A stretch of 64,000 nucleotides of DNA from Marsupella aquatica (lineage: Eukaryota; Plantae; Marchantiophyta). Numbering within the stretch: position 1 is the first letter of the stretch; each line of letters opens with the position of its first letter. A program made the translations under genes and the position numbers. The stretch is from the NCBI GenBank assembly GCA_973895155.1, contig OZ316894.1, positions 10,154,379 through 10,218,378 on the forward strand, given 5' to 3'. Below the pieces are notes generated by a model that had not been told where the DNA came from, searched no databases, and saw only the letters and a list, made by a program, of their open reading frames with translations. Below, in pieces: positions 1 through 14,016 of this stretch.

Positions 1-3000
1 GTCCATAACAACTTAGCTTACATAGTTAGATTCTACCTATAATCTCCTCGAATGATGGCAGTACCAATCTGTCGTAAAGAACTTTTGCTTAGTTTCCTTT
101 TAGCCCTTAGAACTCCTGTATTGATTACCACCGATAGATCTCGTACGAGTCACCTGCAGGACCCCAATGGGCATATAATTGGTGAAATTGAAAATATGCT
201 TAAACTATTAACAGGAAGGGTCATTGATAAGCTCCCCGGGCACCCTACGCAAGGTGTGTGACTCTCCGTCCGTAGTTCGGGTTTCAGATCCGATCCTGTT
301 ACAGTGGATGACTAAACAGTTTGAGGATGCTGAATACCAATCTTATTTCACGACGAGGAAAATAGATGAACAATGTAAAATAGCCACCCAGTAAGAGACA
401 ATCTCTAGCTGCTCAAATTATGTGTAAATTGCCCGTCTGCCTCGAGGGCAGACACTGAGTTAGAAGGGCCGTCTACTCTGCTTCCTTACCAAATGATTAT
501 TCAGTTTTCAGGTATGTAGCATGCAAATAATGTAAAAAGATTTTTGTTGACCCCTTGCGAATATATCGCAGTAGGTAACATAGATGCTGCAGATCCAGAA
601 AAGGGAAGAGAGCACTAACAAACCAGAGTCTGCAATGAACTTATCCCGGAGGAAAGCAACCTAAGACGGAAGAACCATGTAGAATTGAGTTGAGTTTATT
701 AATCAAGTCCGATCGTATAAAGACACGAGATTCCACTGCCATATCACGAAGCACCCTTGATTGATGCCCCACAAAGAGTTGCCTTTGTATGATGAAAATT
801 CTCGTTACAATGATGGTTATCTCAACCTTCGGAATTTTGAAGCAGCAGTAGAAGCAACAACCGATGGCAGCGACGGATTTCGCTTAAGCGTTCGAACAAG
901 TGTTGTTCTAACTCAGCTTAAGGCACCTCTGTCTGCGCTCAATGCTCGAGAGAAGGGGGGAAATTAGAATTCATACATTCGCAATTGCCTTTGTCAGAAC
1001 TCACCCGCAGCAATTACAGTGAAGTAAGGTACAGTAGTATAAACCCAAACTCGAGAAGCGAGCAAGCCCGCTTGACTGGCCCCAGGTAACAATGGGAACT
1101 TGGAGAATGCGGAGGTGACCGAATCAAGGACAGCTGCGTTTAAATTGTTTCACACATAACAAAGTAAGTGATAATTGGGGAATGCACATATAATCTCATT
1201 GGTGCCACGACGAATGGAAAAGATTACCATGAAAGAATAGACTGGTTAACTCTTACCCTGTGGACCATGATGACCTATGAGAATGAATGAACGACGACAC
1301 TGAGGGAGAGCTCTTCCAACATGGCCACTTCTAATCCCGTCAACAAACTTGCTCCAAAATAACCAACAGTTAGGGTCAACACCTCCTCTAACAACAAAGA
1401 ATACATCGTCTGACCTAAAAGCCTCTATTATTAGCACAACTTTCAAGTCAGACCCCTAGATGCATGAAAATACGGCATACTACAAAAGCATCTCTAAAAA
1501 ACGAGTGGGCAAAAGTGCATCCATAAAGGCTTCAACGACTCACACAGATCCTTTAATCAATATAGTGGGTTCAGCTCAGTAACCAGCTTTGGACCAGCAG
1601 ATCAAACTCCCCACAATACATACCATCGAACCCGTAACACTACCGCCTCCATTCCTCACTAGGATGAATTCATTTCTACAAAGAGGGTCGAATGAATTGC
1701 GGCTATCAGTATTGTTATAGATCCTGACTAAACAGAGAGGCATTTCCCGGCATAAGTTAATGTTCTTGTAATTCAGGAGATCGATGCGTCTGGGTTTCGT
1801 AAGGGTCTGTACTAACATGGATAAGGGCCTGGACATGCTTTGGGTGTCCCACTGCTCACTGAGATGTTGCTATTAGCGACACCTTCCTCGACCCAACCTC
1901 TTCGGAAACTCGGCATGCTCCTCGTCATCGACTCAATCCTCGACTTCTGTACGTAATAGGTGATGAAAATGACTAGTTACATCCTCGACTACTGTACTCT
2001 CCCTCTCTCTCTTTTGATTGGTTGGAATACGAATCCTCCGGTCTTGACACAAAGATCTTTATTGTCACTTTCTCTCACACACACATTTAAGAATATACCT
2101 CCTCCGTTCGTACTTTCCAATTCATCACTGAATTGAAGATCTAAGTCTTCATCATTCTTGAGACCCTATCTTACAGATTTGCGACAGTTAATACAGTAAC
2201 CCTGTTGCGGTATCGTGCCTGATGAATTGGAGATCTACGTCTTCATCACTCTCATTCTTGAGACCTTGCCTTACGGATTTGCGACAGTCAGTACAGTAGC
2301 CCTATTCGGGTATCGTGTCTCTTTCCACCGTAGCTTCAGCCAACAACCTTCGTCATCTATGCTGCTTCGGCTCTACATCGGCCTCCAATCCAATCTCTTT
2401 TAGACAACCGTCGTTGGAATGTGCCTTGCAGAGTGGATGCACCTACTCTGCGAGGCTCACCTCAACAAGGTTGCCTTCCCTTGAAGCTAACAGCAGCAGC
2501 CTCTTTCGAAAGAAATCATCGAAACATTCAGAAGGCTGCCTTCCCTTCAAGCTCACAGCAGCAGCCTCTCTCGAAAGAAAGCATCGAAACATTCAGAACA
2601 GCAGGCTAGGCTTTGTCACCCTCGATCTATGAATGTGCGCAAAACAACATCATTCGAAGTCATCTCGCACGGTAGTCACCTTCGGACAACTAGGACCCTC
2701 CTTGAAACGCCATGGACATCCATCTCGCGAGGTTTTCAGGAGGATCAGTGCCTTTCTCGAGCTTCCGTTTCCATCTTTCTCCCACTATCAATAAGACTTG
2801 TGAACACAGTGGAACCTATGAACTCAATAGGGTGTCTCAAAGCTGACACACAATTTGATGTACCTTAACTCCCTAGTTATGGTTATGAACACAAAAAGAT
2901 ATGCATTACATGGGTTTTTGTTCCCTCCTAGTTATGGATTACTGAATTCATGTTTTTGTTCCCTCCTAGTTATGGATTATGTACACAAAAAGTGATAGAT

Positions 3001-4119
3001 TACAGAATTCATAGTCCATAATTTTTTGCCATAAGGATCAGTCTATGCCTTAACCATTAGCCACTGGAGAGGCTCGTGAAAGAAAAAACAAATAAAACTT
3101 TTACATAGTCTTGTGAAAAAGTTATGACCTATTCTTTATGACCGAATGTCATCATCCATAATTTCCAAGTTTTAAGACGCCCTAATGGGATCCCTACTCT
3201 CTATCCCTAGCCCAATGCCATTGCACAAAAGATGTCAAAGGAGGCAAACATATCCCTGCCATACATGTGTGTAAGACAAGAAATGTGTGTAAAACAAAGA
3301 TGTCAAGGCGAGAGAAAGTAATGCAGGTGGGGCAATGAAGTTGTTGAGGCATCTTATGTGTCGTACCCAGCCACACACTTGTTGGAGCCATTGTGGTTGC
3401 AAGAGAGAGACATAAACTGAATGCCCCAAGTATGCCAACAAAATGGGAGAACCAGTTGGGTGCCAACCCAATGCAATCTTTTCCTCAACTCAACATCTTT
3501 TGTGCAACGCACATGCATCAGTCATGTGCATCAGTCGACTAGTTTACTATAAAAGGCCTTTCAAGGCAACAGAAAAGTGTTTGGTCCATTGGATTCCTGG
3601 CGCAAAGTGGGAGGTGGCCAACTTGTGTTTTGCCAGCCAGACTAAATATCCCCACTCCCAAAAGAAACTCCACACCTCCAAAATAATTGCAAGGTGGAAG
3701 GGCCCAAGATGAATAGAGAATAATCAACAGCCCTAAGACACTATCCTTTTACAGACCCCCATGAGAGGTCTCTTGCAAATTCCCTGCCACGAGGTTGCAC
3801 CACATCACCACAACCAGCCACAAAATAGGAATGATCCTACTTTTAGCAATAACAAATGTGCACATTCATGTTTGTGGCAAAAGCAACGTAACTTTTGGGG
3901 CACCATGCCGTAAGACATTAAACGTAGAAAAAACCAAAATACGAAGGAAGAGGTGTCATTTATTAAAATAAAGTTACTATTCTAATGTTTGTCAAAGATA
4001 TATCAAAGGTTTATATCAAAATGCTTGTATTTTTTAATTGTTTGCAAGTTCAAAAAAACCAATCGATAGAAATGTACATAGTTAGAAGCCCTTTGGGTCC
4101 ACATTGTAAAATTAAATAA

Positions 4120-4331
4120 TCAATCTCCTTAGTACTTGATAAAATATGTCAATGTTTGATTCATTGGAAACTCAAGATCAAGATTTAGAAACTCATGACC
4201 TCTTTAGTAGTGTCTTGATACAATCTCTCAATGTCACACTCATTGGAAAGCTAGAGTAAAATTAGAAACTCATATTAATCTCCTTAATACTTTTTTTTGC
4301 CCCAAAAAAACCAATTGAATTCCATTCAAAA
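4120..4331. repeat. Degenerate tandem repeat, unit roughly 75-85 bp (host target sequence; continues at 20887-20972 and 58468-58760)
   Basis: Recurrent motif ATCTCCTTAGTACTTGA...TCAATGT...CATTGGAAA...GAAACTCATGA appears in all three segments. The segments join once the insertions are removed. Confidence 0.6.
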
Positions 4332-4619
4332 TGTTAAGGATTGCTCTTAGTCTTGTGACTCAAAGGTTACGACAATTAGGTTAACCTCAGTTAGGGACTT
4401 AGCTGAGGTTAGGTTAGTCATGTGTGACCTTGCATATACCAGGGCTAGTGTAAGCCGCTGGTATATGGTGTTTGCTCATTGTAATAGGAGCAACTTGAGG
4501 AAGAGAGAGAGCTTGTGTGTTCAACGACTCTTGAAATAAAGTTGTTGTGTTCGTGTGGACGTAGCCTTGGAGAAGAGATGAACTATGTATGGATTGTGTC
4601 AACTACGTGAGCATGGTAT

Positions 4620-4963
4620 TGTTAGATATTGCTCTAGTCTTGTGACTCATGAGCTAACCATAGTTAGGCTAACTCGAGTTAAGACTTAGCTAATGTTAGC
4701 AGTAGTGCTGTTGTGTATATTTCCAGGGCTGGTGCCAGCCCCTGGTGGAACTTAGGCTCATTGTTATGGAGCTAGTTGAGAGATAGGGAGAGCTTGCGCT
4801 GTGGATGCTTGGTATGGCCAGTCGGCCTAGAGTGCAGTAAAGCTCTTGTGTGTTCCCGTGGACATAGCCTCATGTGGAGGTGAACCACGTATCTCTTTGT
4901 GTCGACTCTTGTGCGTTGGATAGTTCATGGGCTTGCCATTGAAAATTTCGTCTATGCTCAACA
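4620..4963 (+). repeat. Copia 5' LTR
   Basis: TGTTAG...TCAACA, followed by the PBS; colinear with 20493-20836. Confidence 0.95.
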
Positions 4964-4965
4964 AG

Positions 4966-4977
4966 TGGTATCAGAGC
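4966..4977 (+). promoter_or_regulatory. Primer-binding site (initiator Met tRNA)
   Basis: TGGTATCAGAGC, 2 nt after the LTR end. Confidence 0.95.
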
Positions 4978-5666
4978 ATGTTTGGGAGTGACTAGGTTTT
5001 TTCGTGACAGGTTTTTCCAGCGTTCATTGTCGGTGGCACATTCAGAGTTTTGTCACATGAAACTCGAATGTGTGTGGCTCAACGGATAGTTAGTGAGAGG
5101 GCATTCTAACGGTGGTTAGAACTCGTTGATCGGTATTCGTGGTGCGGAGGAATTGATGTTTGCGTCGTTCAGGGTTTATTCATGTTCGATGACTTTTTTG
5201 GGGGAGAGACCAGAGTTCGCATTTTTTGACGGTATGAGTTGTGCGGTGCGGGAGGTGTTGCATGTTGTAACTCAAGTTGAAGGTTGAAGCGAGTTGGTCA
5301 TTTTGGTAGCTGAGTTGCTGCCGAGTTGTTACCAAGTGCATCGTGACAAGAGAAGGGGGAGTTCAGGTTTTTTTTTAACAAGCTATGGAGCTTGTTCCCA
5401 TCTGAACCGGGTTTCTCTTTGTGACGTCCGACTCAATGGAAGAAATGCGAAGTGCTACGGCTCAACGGTTTGATCGCGGTGAGGCGGTCATTTTGAGCCC
5501 GAGATTGGCACTTGACACAGAGTGAAGGCAACGTGACGGAAAGTTTTTCCTCTGCTGGAGTTGCAAACTTTGCCGGTGCAATTTGGCAACATTTCCCGTC
5601 GGCAGCGTTCACTTTTCTCGTTTAAATCAATGGCGATTAGGTTTGTAACAAGGCTTGAGTTGTGTT

Positions 5667-6010
5667 TGTTAGATATTGCTCTAGTCTTGTGACTCATGAG
5701 CTAACCATAGTTAGTCTAACTCGGGTTAGGACTTAGCTAATGTTAGGGGTTGTGCTGTTGTGCATATAGCCAAGCTGATGCCAGACCCTGGGTGGAACTT
5801 AGGCTCATTGTTATGGAGCTAGTTGAGAGATAGGGAGAGCTTGTGCTGTGGATGCTTGGTATGGCCGGTCGGTCTAGAGTGCAATAAAGCTCTTGTGTGT
5901 TCCCGTGGACATAGCCTCATATGGAGGTGAACCACGTATCTCTCTGTGTCGACTCTTGTGCGTTGGATGGTTCATGGGCTTGCCGTTGCGAATGTCGTCT
6001 ATGCTCAACA
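5667..6010 (+). mobile_element. Solo LTR of the same Copia family inside the element's own leader
   Basis: 344 bp, TG...CA, with no PBS after it and no PPT before it. It has diagnostic differences from both flanking LTRs (GGGGTTGTGCTGTTGTGCATATAGCC vs GC[A/G]GTAGTGCTGTTGTGTATATTTCC). Flanks GTGTT/ATGTC are only an imperfect TSD. Confidence 0.85.
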
Positions 6011-7226
6011 ATGTCTACTTTGGCATGTTTTTTAAGTTACTTTAGTGATAAATTTTCTTGTGTATACCCCATACCTCGTCTTTACCCCGTCTTTACCCCC
6101 ATACCTAGTATTTTCAATTCCAGCCCCTCGGCTCTCGCAGCCATTTTCGCAGCGTCGGCCGGCGCAAAAATTGCCACTTTGATCCCCGGGCCGGCTCGCA
6201 CAGTTCACGGCTGCACACCAGCCGTCCAAATTTTTTTACCTCATGCACCCCTCGCCTTAGGCTGCCGGCGCCAGCAGCGACCACAGCACCCCTGCGCCCT
6301 GCCCACCGGCTCACGCCCTGCCGGCCCTACCACCTCCTTGCGCCCTACCCTGTCTCCTGCCTGCACCCCTCCCCGGACAGGGCATTTTTTTGCCCCCGAC
6401 CCCGTATCCGACTGTGCATGCAGCCGTAGCTGCTCCGCCGCCACCTCCTTTATGCCCCCTTACGCTCATCTTGCGTACGCCCGACCCCATACAGGATGTA
6501 TTTTTTATTTAAGATGCGTTTGGACCCCCTTTAGGGCCCTCTTTTTTAGCCATTTTTTCTTCCCTCTTGTTTCCTCTATGTGTCGGGACCTCCTGCCCTC
6601 CATTTTAACCGCTTTGCTAGGGGGAACGGACCCCTGTGAGACCTATCAGACTGTGCAAGAATATTCCCAAAAAACATTGAGTCATTTTGTGGCCATCCGA
6701 CAAAGATTTTGTCCGCCAAACGGTAACTTTTTTGGTTCTTTTTTGGCGAGGTCGTAGCCACTGGAGTTAGCAATGCGACGCACCAATCACATCGTAATTC
6801 CAATGACGGGTTGTACTTGGTATTTTGGTTATTCCCTGAGGTGGTCAAAACGAGGGAGTTTCCCAAGGTTTTACCCACCCCAACCAAAATTTGAATAATT
6901 TTTCCGTCAAATTTTGATTTTGATTTTGGCTTTCAATATTGGACTCCTAGCTTCATGGGCTACGCGGCGGTGTTGAGTTTTGATTTTTATGAGAAGTCTC
7001 AAAAAAAAATGTTTCTTTGTGATTGTTTCATACGAGTGACTCGGAGAATATTGGAAGAATTGGCGTCGGTGGAGCTTCAGGATCGCGATGATCAGACAAA
7101 GAGTCTGAGGAGGAGCTACTTTCGTTTGAGGAGGAACTAGTATTACCGGAACAATCACCGGTGTGGCGTGTATTAGAGGAAGCTGTTCTACTACCAGAGC
7201 TGTCGGTAGTGGGAAAGAATAGGGAG

Positions 7227-9921
7227 ATGGCAAGATCAGGAGTGAAGTTTGAGGTGAAGAAGTACAATGGACGTACTGACTACTTGCTGTGGGAGAATCA
7301 AGTGAAGGGTGTTCTTCAAGCCATGGGCTTAGCTCATCTGCTTTCTTTACGAGAGCAGTATGATGAAGAGGAGGAGATTTTTGTGAAGCAGTGGAGACAA
7401 GAGCAGATGATTGTTGTCAATGCAGTGATGCTATACCTCAAGCCGTATATCATCAAGAAGTTGGATGATTATGACGACTATGCATCACTCTTCAAGGCCC
7501 ATAGAGAGAAGTACTACTAGGAAGATGCGTCAGACCGGCTGTACAAGAAGTCTCTCTTGATGAGCCTCAGGCTCAAGGAAGGGAGTAAGCTGTAGGATAA
7601 CCTGGATGAGTTTGATAGTCTACCAGTGGATCTGTGAAATCTGGGAAAGGGAGTTGAAGATGAGGATAAGGCCTTGCTTCTGCTAAGCTCCTTACCGCCG
7701 TCTTATGAGGGCTTGAAATAGGTACTCTTGTATAGAGATCTGAAGTCCATTTTGTATAATGAGCTGATGAGTTCATTACTGTCAGATGATGCTCAAAAGA
7801 AGTTGGGTCAAGCACAGACAACATCTTCTTCTGGCACTACATTAAACGTGAACCGGGGAAGACCAGCGCAGCGCACGAATGGGCAGAACAGGTGTAGATC
7901 TACATCACGGGGGAGATCTAAATCCAAAGGGAAATTGCAAGAGAGGAAGCCTCTTGCATGTTGGAGATGTGACAAGCCTAGCCACATGAAAAGGGATTGT
8001 CGAGTAAAGGACTCTACTGCATCAGCTAATGCGGCATCGAGCTTGCATGAGGTAGATTTACTCGATGATGATGACATATTGTGATGTCAAGGTTATGCTC
8101 TCAACGTAGTGTCAAATCCAAGTAGTGATAACTGCGGAGATGACTGGATTCTAGATAGTGCATGTACTTTTCACATTTGCTCTAGAAAAGATTTTTTCAG
8201 TTCTTACATAGTTTCCAACGGGTCAGTGTTGATGGGAAATGGAATCCCATGTCAAATAGTTGGACTTGGATCTGTTAGATTTTAGATGTTTGATGGTGCT
8301 TTGAGAACGTTGAGGAATGTGAGACATATTCCCAGCATGATGAAAAATCTCATTTCACTTGGAGTTTTAGGAGCAAATGGCCATCGGTGGAGTTTTGGTA
8401 ATGGTGTCCTTCAGGTTTCAACTGGTATTAAAGTTGTATTGAAGGAAAAGAGACATAAAAATCTATACGTTTTGGAGGGCAATGTAGTCTGTAATGAAGC
8501 CAATGTAACCTTATCTCATGAGGAGATGGCCCGGCTGTGGCACTTCTGTTTGGGCCACATGAGTGAAAAAGGTTTGGTTATTCTTCAGAAGAAAGGATTA
8601 CCTTCTAATTTGCAATCTTGTAAGTTGGAATTTTGAGCACTGTGTGCTTGGGAAGTAGCATAGGAAACCCTTCGGAGTTGGAACTCACACCAGCAAGGAG
8701 GTACTTGAGTATGTACATAGTGATGTGTGGGGTCCAGCCCTTACTCCCTCACATTCTGGACGGTTATACTATGTCACGTTCATAGACGATTACTCAAGGT
8801 ATATGTGGATATACTTTCTACACAATAAGTCTGATATTTTTGCCACTTTTAAGGAGTGGAAAGCCCAAGTTGAGAATCAGACTAGTAATAAGTGAGATAT
8901 CTTCGATCAGATAATGGCGGTGAATACAGTTCTCTATGGCGATGAATACGATTATCTATGTGGATGATATGCTGATTGTGGCTAAAGATCAATCTGAGGT
9001 TGACAAGCTCAAGGCAAAATTGAGCTCTGAATTCAGGATGAAGGATCTTGGTATGGCCAAGAGAATCTTAGGGATGAAGATTTTTAGGAACTCTGATACT
9101 GGACAACTGTGCTTGAGTTAAGGCCAGTATGCAGGGAAAGTACTTGCACGATTCAACATGGAAAATTGTAAGCCAATGAGTATTCCTTTAGCTTCACATT
9201 TCATCATCAGCTTTCTCTCCTACGGATGTTGTGGAAAAAGGTCTGGTGGTTAAGATTCCTTATGAGCAGACAATAGGCAGTTTGATGTATTTGATGACTT
9301 GTACTAGGCCTGACTTGGCCCTAGCGATGGGCAAGGTTAGCAGATTCATGTCAAATCTAGGGAAGGTACATTGGGAAGCTGTTAAATGGATTCTCAGGTA
9401 TCTGAATGGAACACAGGACTATGGTTTACTATTTGATGCCAGATCAAATAGAACGTTAGTTAGCTATGTAGATTCTAACTATGGAGGCTGTCTGGATACA
9501 AGGAGGTCTACAACTGGGTTTTGTATTTACTCTTGAAGAAGGATGTATCAGTTGGAAATCTACCTTGTAAAAGTATATATCTCAGTCTACTACAGAAGCA
9601 AAGTATGTTGCAGCAGTAGAAGCGACAAAGGAAGCAATTTGGTTGGACAAGTTCATCGCGGAGATGGATTTAGAGCATGGCAAAATGACTCTAAACTGTG
9701 ATAGTCAGAGTGCTCTTTACTTGGCTGCTAACCAGGTGATGGATAGCAGGGTGAAGCACATTGATATCAGGTACCATTTTATCAGGCAAGCAGTGTCTGA
9801 TAAAACTTTTGAGCTAGTCAAGATTGATGGAAAGCTCAATCCCGCTGATGCCTTTACCAAAGTGATTCCTTTGGAGAGTTTCTCAAGCTATCATGCTACT
9901 TTGCAGGTTTTGCAGTTGTAG
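7227..9921 (+). pseudogene. Copia gag-pol, multiple stops/frameshifts, internal deletion near 8935
   Basis: Gag KFEVKKYNGRTDYLLW, zinc knuckle CWRCDKPSHMKRDC, protease WILDSACTFH, LWH..LGHMSEK, integrase YVHSDVWGP, then a jump straight to RT IYVDDMLI and RNase H KHIDIRYHFIR. Confidence 0.93.
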
Positions 9922-10129
9922 CACAAGTAGAGTTATTTAGCAATGTGTGACTATTTGTAAATGGATTACTCATTCTAGTTCAATGGCTACGGCTTAGTTC
10001 TAGTTAACCCTTAGTTAACCCTTATGGTTTTTAGGGGGAGACCTGTTTAGGTGATTGTCTAGAACTTCCCACTGAGGATTCCATATGGTAGCATTTAGTC
10101 GAGTCCCCAAGACAAGAGTCACACTAGTA

Positions 10130-10670
10130 CATTTTCGGGCCTTTATTCGATAGGATTTACATCGGATCACTTCAGGAAAATTGACGCAAAAATTTCTATC
10201 ATCCGATGCAATTCCCAACGCACTTTGCGATGCGCAAACCATTGCATATCGACCATCGGACTTCCATCGGACTTCCATCGGACTTTCCGATATTTTTGAC
10301 GACGGACGTTCCGTTGTAACGTGTTACGGATATTTTATGTCCATTGTAAAATGAATCGGATAACTAACACGCGACGGCACACGACGATTTCCTATGTCCG
10401 ATATATTTGACATGGCAATTTGCGAAGTAATTTGTATCGGTATGTCCGATATATTTGACATGGCAATTTGCGAAAGAATTTGTATCGGACATTGCGTTAT
10501 TTATAATAACGGAAAGTGTGTTACTTTTTGTATCGGACTATCCGATATATTTAAGATGGGAACCTTGAAGGAGGGGTCTGATGCGTTGGGGATGGGAAAG
10601 TTTGAAGGCAGCAGCATCGGACACTGCTATATTACCAATACGGATGGTAACGGACTTGCAACGGATTATC
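10130..10670. repeat. CACTA left subterminal repeats (ATCGGA/TCCGAT)
   Basis: Many dispersed ATCGGA/TCCGAT motifs in both orientations; tandem duplication at about 10392-10490. Confidence 0.8.
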
Positions 10671-11006
10671 AAATGTTCTGGGGGTGGAATACAGGGTTTC
10701 ATGGGTGGTTTTTTGGGGGTTTGGGTATTGGTTTAGGGTTGAAGGTGACATACACCAATTAGGAACCAAAGATAATGCTATAAACACGAGGTCAAAATAT
10801 CATATTCAAAAAGGGGATCACCCCAATATGTACAAAATGGATTAGGCCTACTGGGTAGACCCATCCTGGTCGTGATGGCACGATAGAAGATGTAAAGAGA
10901 GCTTTGACTAGAGACTACACTGAGCTATATACAAGGTACCTCCGAGTGAGTGTCTAATCAAAGCTGTCTAGCACTAGATACCCGACCACCTAAATGCAAC
11001 TAACCT

Positions 11007-13360
11007 CTAAAAAGGTGTGTTGCGTCCCTTCTTCTTCTTTGGGCGAGAACGAAGGGTGGGTACAGGTCTAGCATCATGAGAGCCCTCCTCCCTCTGGCTG
11101 CCCACAACCGTGGCAGCCACCTGCTCACCAGATGGCATGGGTTGGCCTGATGCAGGCCTAGACCCTGACCCACTAGATGCACCGCTAGGGTGGTCAGGCA
11201 AGGTAGATGTCCCACCAACCCCCGACACGGCAGAGTGAAAGGACGCCTCAGCTCCTCCCGCAGACCTGCTAGAGTGATGGGATGGTGCGCCGACAAATCC
11301 TGTGGGTGGCCCATGTCGTGCTGTACTCCCACCAGACTCACGAGATGGTGCGCGCCCTCTAGATCCACCATCCGGCACGTCGCCACTACCTCGTCGGGAA
11401 GGGCCACCTGCACCAGATACTCCTACGCGATCGCCTCGTCCCATGCCATCACCTCTACTACCCCCTGAGTGCCTGGGCCCCGCACCCCGTGATGCTCCAG
11501 AGCGATGGGAGCCCACACCATCAGCAGCATGTGACCCACCCCTCCCTGCTGATGGGGCAACGGCACCAGATGGGGCAACAACACCTCGGACCTGAGGAGT
11601 AGGGGTGACTGTGGGCACCCTCCCCAACCCTGCCTCAGCATCCTGCTCAGAATCTGAGTCCAGCTCCTCCGACCCAGACCCCTCCTCATCCTGCGCAATA
11701 GGGTTTAATTGCAGTTAGAATGAATGGTCCCGACCATAACTCTAACAAATTCATGACAACCTTAAACATTATATATCACCCTAGGGTGAACACTTACCTC
11801 TCCCAACTCATCCTCAAGGTGGCGCTTTAGAGCGCGGGGTCCATCCGTCTTTGCCAAATTCCTCTCCAACGGCGCAATAGGGCGACCATACTCCCGCTCC
11901 TGAAAATTAAAGATCCAACCCATAGAGGCCAGGTTAATATCAAATCTAGTATTAGCGTGCCCTACCCTAAACCAAGCCACCCTACATAACCCTAATGTAA
12001 CCTTAAACCATAGTTCACCCTAACTTATACTCTACCCTAGTAAAAAATTAACGTTAAGTACGTTCATTCAAAAATTTAAATGTTTTGCCGAGGGGTCCGA
12101 TTCAGAGTCCGATACAGCCTGCATTGGACGTCTATCGGATGCGTAACAAGAAAAATGGCATGACACGGTGTCCGATGCTGCTTCCGATGCAAAACCTATC
12201 GGATGAGTATCGGAAAGAACAGGCCCGAGAGCAAAAATGAGTTTTGCAAAGGGTTTAAACAAAAGACATAAGGCACAACCAACTCATTCTTCGTGCGAGG
12301 AGTCAGGTGATCAGGGAGTCGAGGTGGGGAGGAGAGGGAGGGCACTTACAAACTCAGCCTTCAATCGATTGGAGCCGCCTTGCCCCATCCAGTGAGTGAT
12401 GGTTGGCCTCCCCTGCACTCTCTCCAATGCTGCTATGATGTGCCTTGGTGGTTTGGGGAGTCTTGCTGCCTGAGCTGCCCATTGTTGCAGGTTCTGTTGA
12501 AGGGGGAGGATATCAACATTCTCCCCAGCCTTTCGCTTCTCCTCTGCCAGCCTAATTTCGTTGTCCCAATGTCTTCTTTTCAGCCAGGCATGGACTGAGA
12601 GTTCCTCCTCAAGCCAAGCTGCCCACTCATCCGGGGAAACATCGTCTGGACAACCCTCCTCCCTGATCACCTCTGCATCCACTGCCATATCTCCAAGGTA
12701 CTTTCTGAATTTCTCTCGCCGATGATTGCGCATGTCTGAGAGTGATGCTGAAATTCGTTTGTTTAGGAACCTGTCATCAATGTAGGCCCCGTTCCTGAAC
12801 CGTTCCTTCACCTGCTCTCTGATTCTCAATCTCTCTTCCTCCTTCTTCTTGCCCTAGTAATCCAGTGGCCCCAATTTGGCCCTCAGCACCTGCTTGAATT
12901 GGCTTCGGAATAGATGGTAGCTCTTAGGCAATGGACCACCACCCGAATTGAGAGCTAGCTCAGGCCTGAGAGCTCTCTCTGCCTCCTTTCGCCTCTGCTC
13001 CTCCAATCGCACCTTCTCAATTGCCCTAGCTTCTTTTCGAAGCTTTTTCTCTCGTTTTCTTGGAGACAGTGTCTCCTCTGCATCCCCCTTGCCTCTCTTT
13101 GCCTCTTTCTTCCTCTTCTTTGCCTCCTTCTCACTTGCAATGCTTGCAGCAGCAGTCTTCTCTGCCTCACGCCGAGAGGCATCAATCAGCGTTTGGAGGA
13201 GTGGGACTACTCTCTCTGCGTCCTCCACACTCAGCCCTGCCTTGGCCACAAAAATGTCCCTCATAACTTCATTGTATGGCTGGGACGGTCCCCCTTGCTC
13301 TCCACCACCACCTGATCCCCCTTCGTCTCCCCCACCACCTGATCCCCCGCCCCCCTCCAT
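11007..13360 (-). pseudogene. CACTA second gene (TnpA-like), multi-exon, opposite strand to the transposase, with an in-frame stop at 12854
   Basis: ORFs 12854-13543 and 12311-12829 are consecutive and include a charged region, CPDDVSPDEWAAW and HWMGQGG, resembling Ptta/En/Spm TnpA. Splice-like signals occur near 12347, 11797 and 11692. The exon model is approximate. Confidence 0.55.
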
Positions 13361-14016
13361 CTCTCCTCCTTCAAGCTCTCCTCCTTGATCCAGCTTCAAA
13401 AAATTTGAAAAACACCAAGTGCGAAACGGGGCCCGACGCGCGGGTCTTCGCACCTGCATCGGTTTTTTTTTCCAAAACAAAACCTGCTGCTTCCGATTCT
13501 TTCTATTTCGGACTTTGCGAAACCAAAGGTATCGGACACGCAATCGGACTTTCCGAAACTATCTGCTTTGGACCCCTCGTCCTTTTCTTGTGGCCGTGTA
13601 TTTACCAAGTGTGGCCCGTTTCCTATTGCATCGGACCCCTCATGAATTTATATCGGATACCTCTTTGCTTTCCCAAAGGGGGTCCAATATAATGTTTTGA
13701 ATTTGGGTTGGGTATAATGGGATTGGAGGGTTTAGAGTATAATTTAGGATATTTAGGTTTTGTATGGGGTAAGGGCACATGGTTGGAGTTATTATTTGCT
13801 TTCATATTTGAATCCGCGTTTTGTAGGGCTCTACATATGTGAACGGGACAGTGAACGTGTCATGCATGTAGAGGGACCTCTTGCAAGTTTCTTTGTTGCG
13901 GAGAACAAAGTTTGGGGTTTGTACCGGACTATGTAATTTTTTTGATAAGCTATGGTCTTGCATGCTTAATATATTGGGCTCTAATTAATGATGCAATTGT
14001 GTATAGAGTCTTGGTG

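Noticed and set aside
3190-3730. Short ORFs as a gene
   Set aside because: Overlapping short frames on both strands with no motif or splice support.
4620-6010. Small TRIM-like element formed by the first two LTRs
   Set aside because: No PPT precedes the second LTR and the flanks do not match. LTR 4620 pairs by sequence and TSD with 20493.
5921-6757. 278-aa ORF as a gene
   Set aside because: It starts inside a solo LTR and runs through a GC-rich leader with no recognisable motif.
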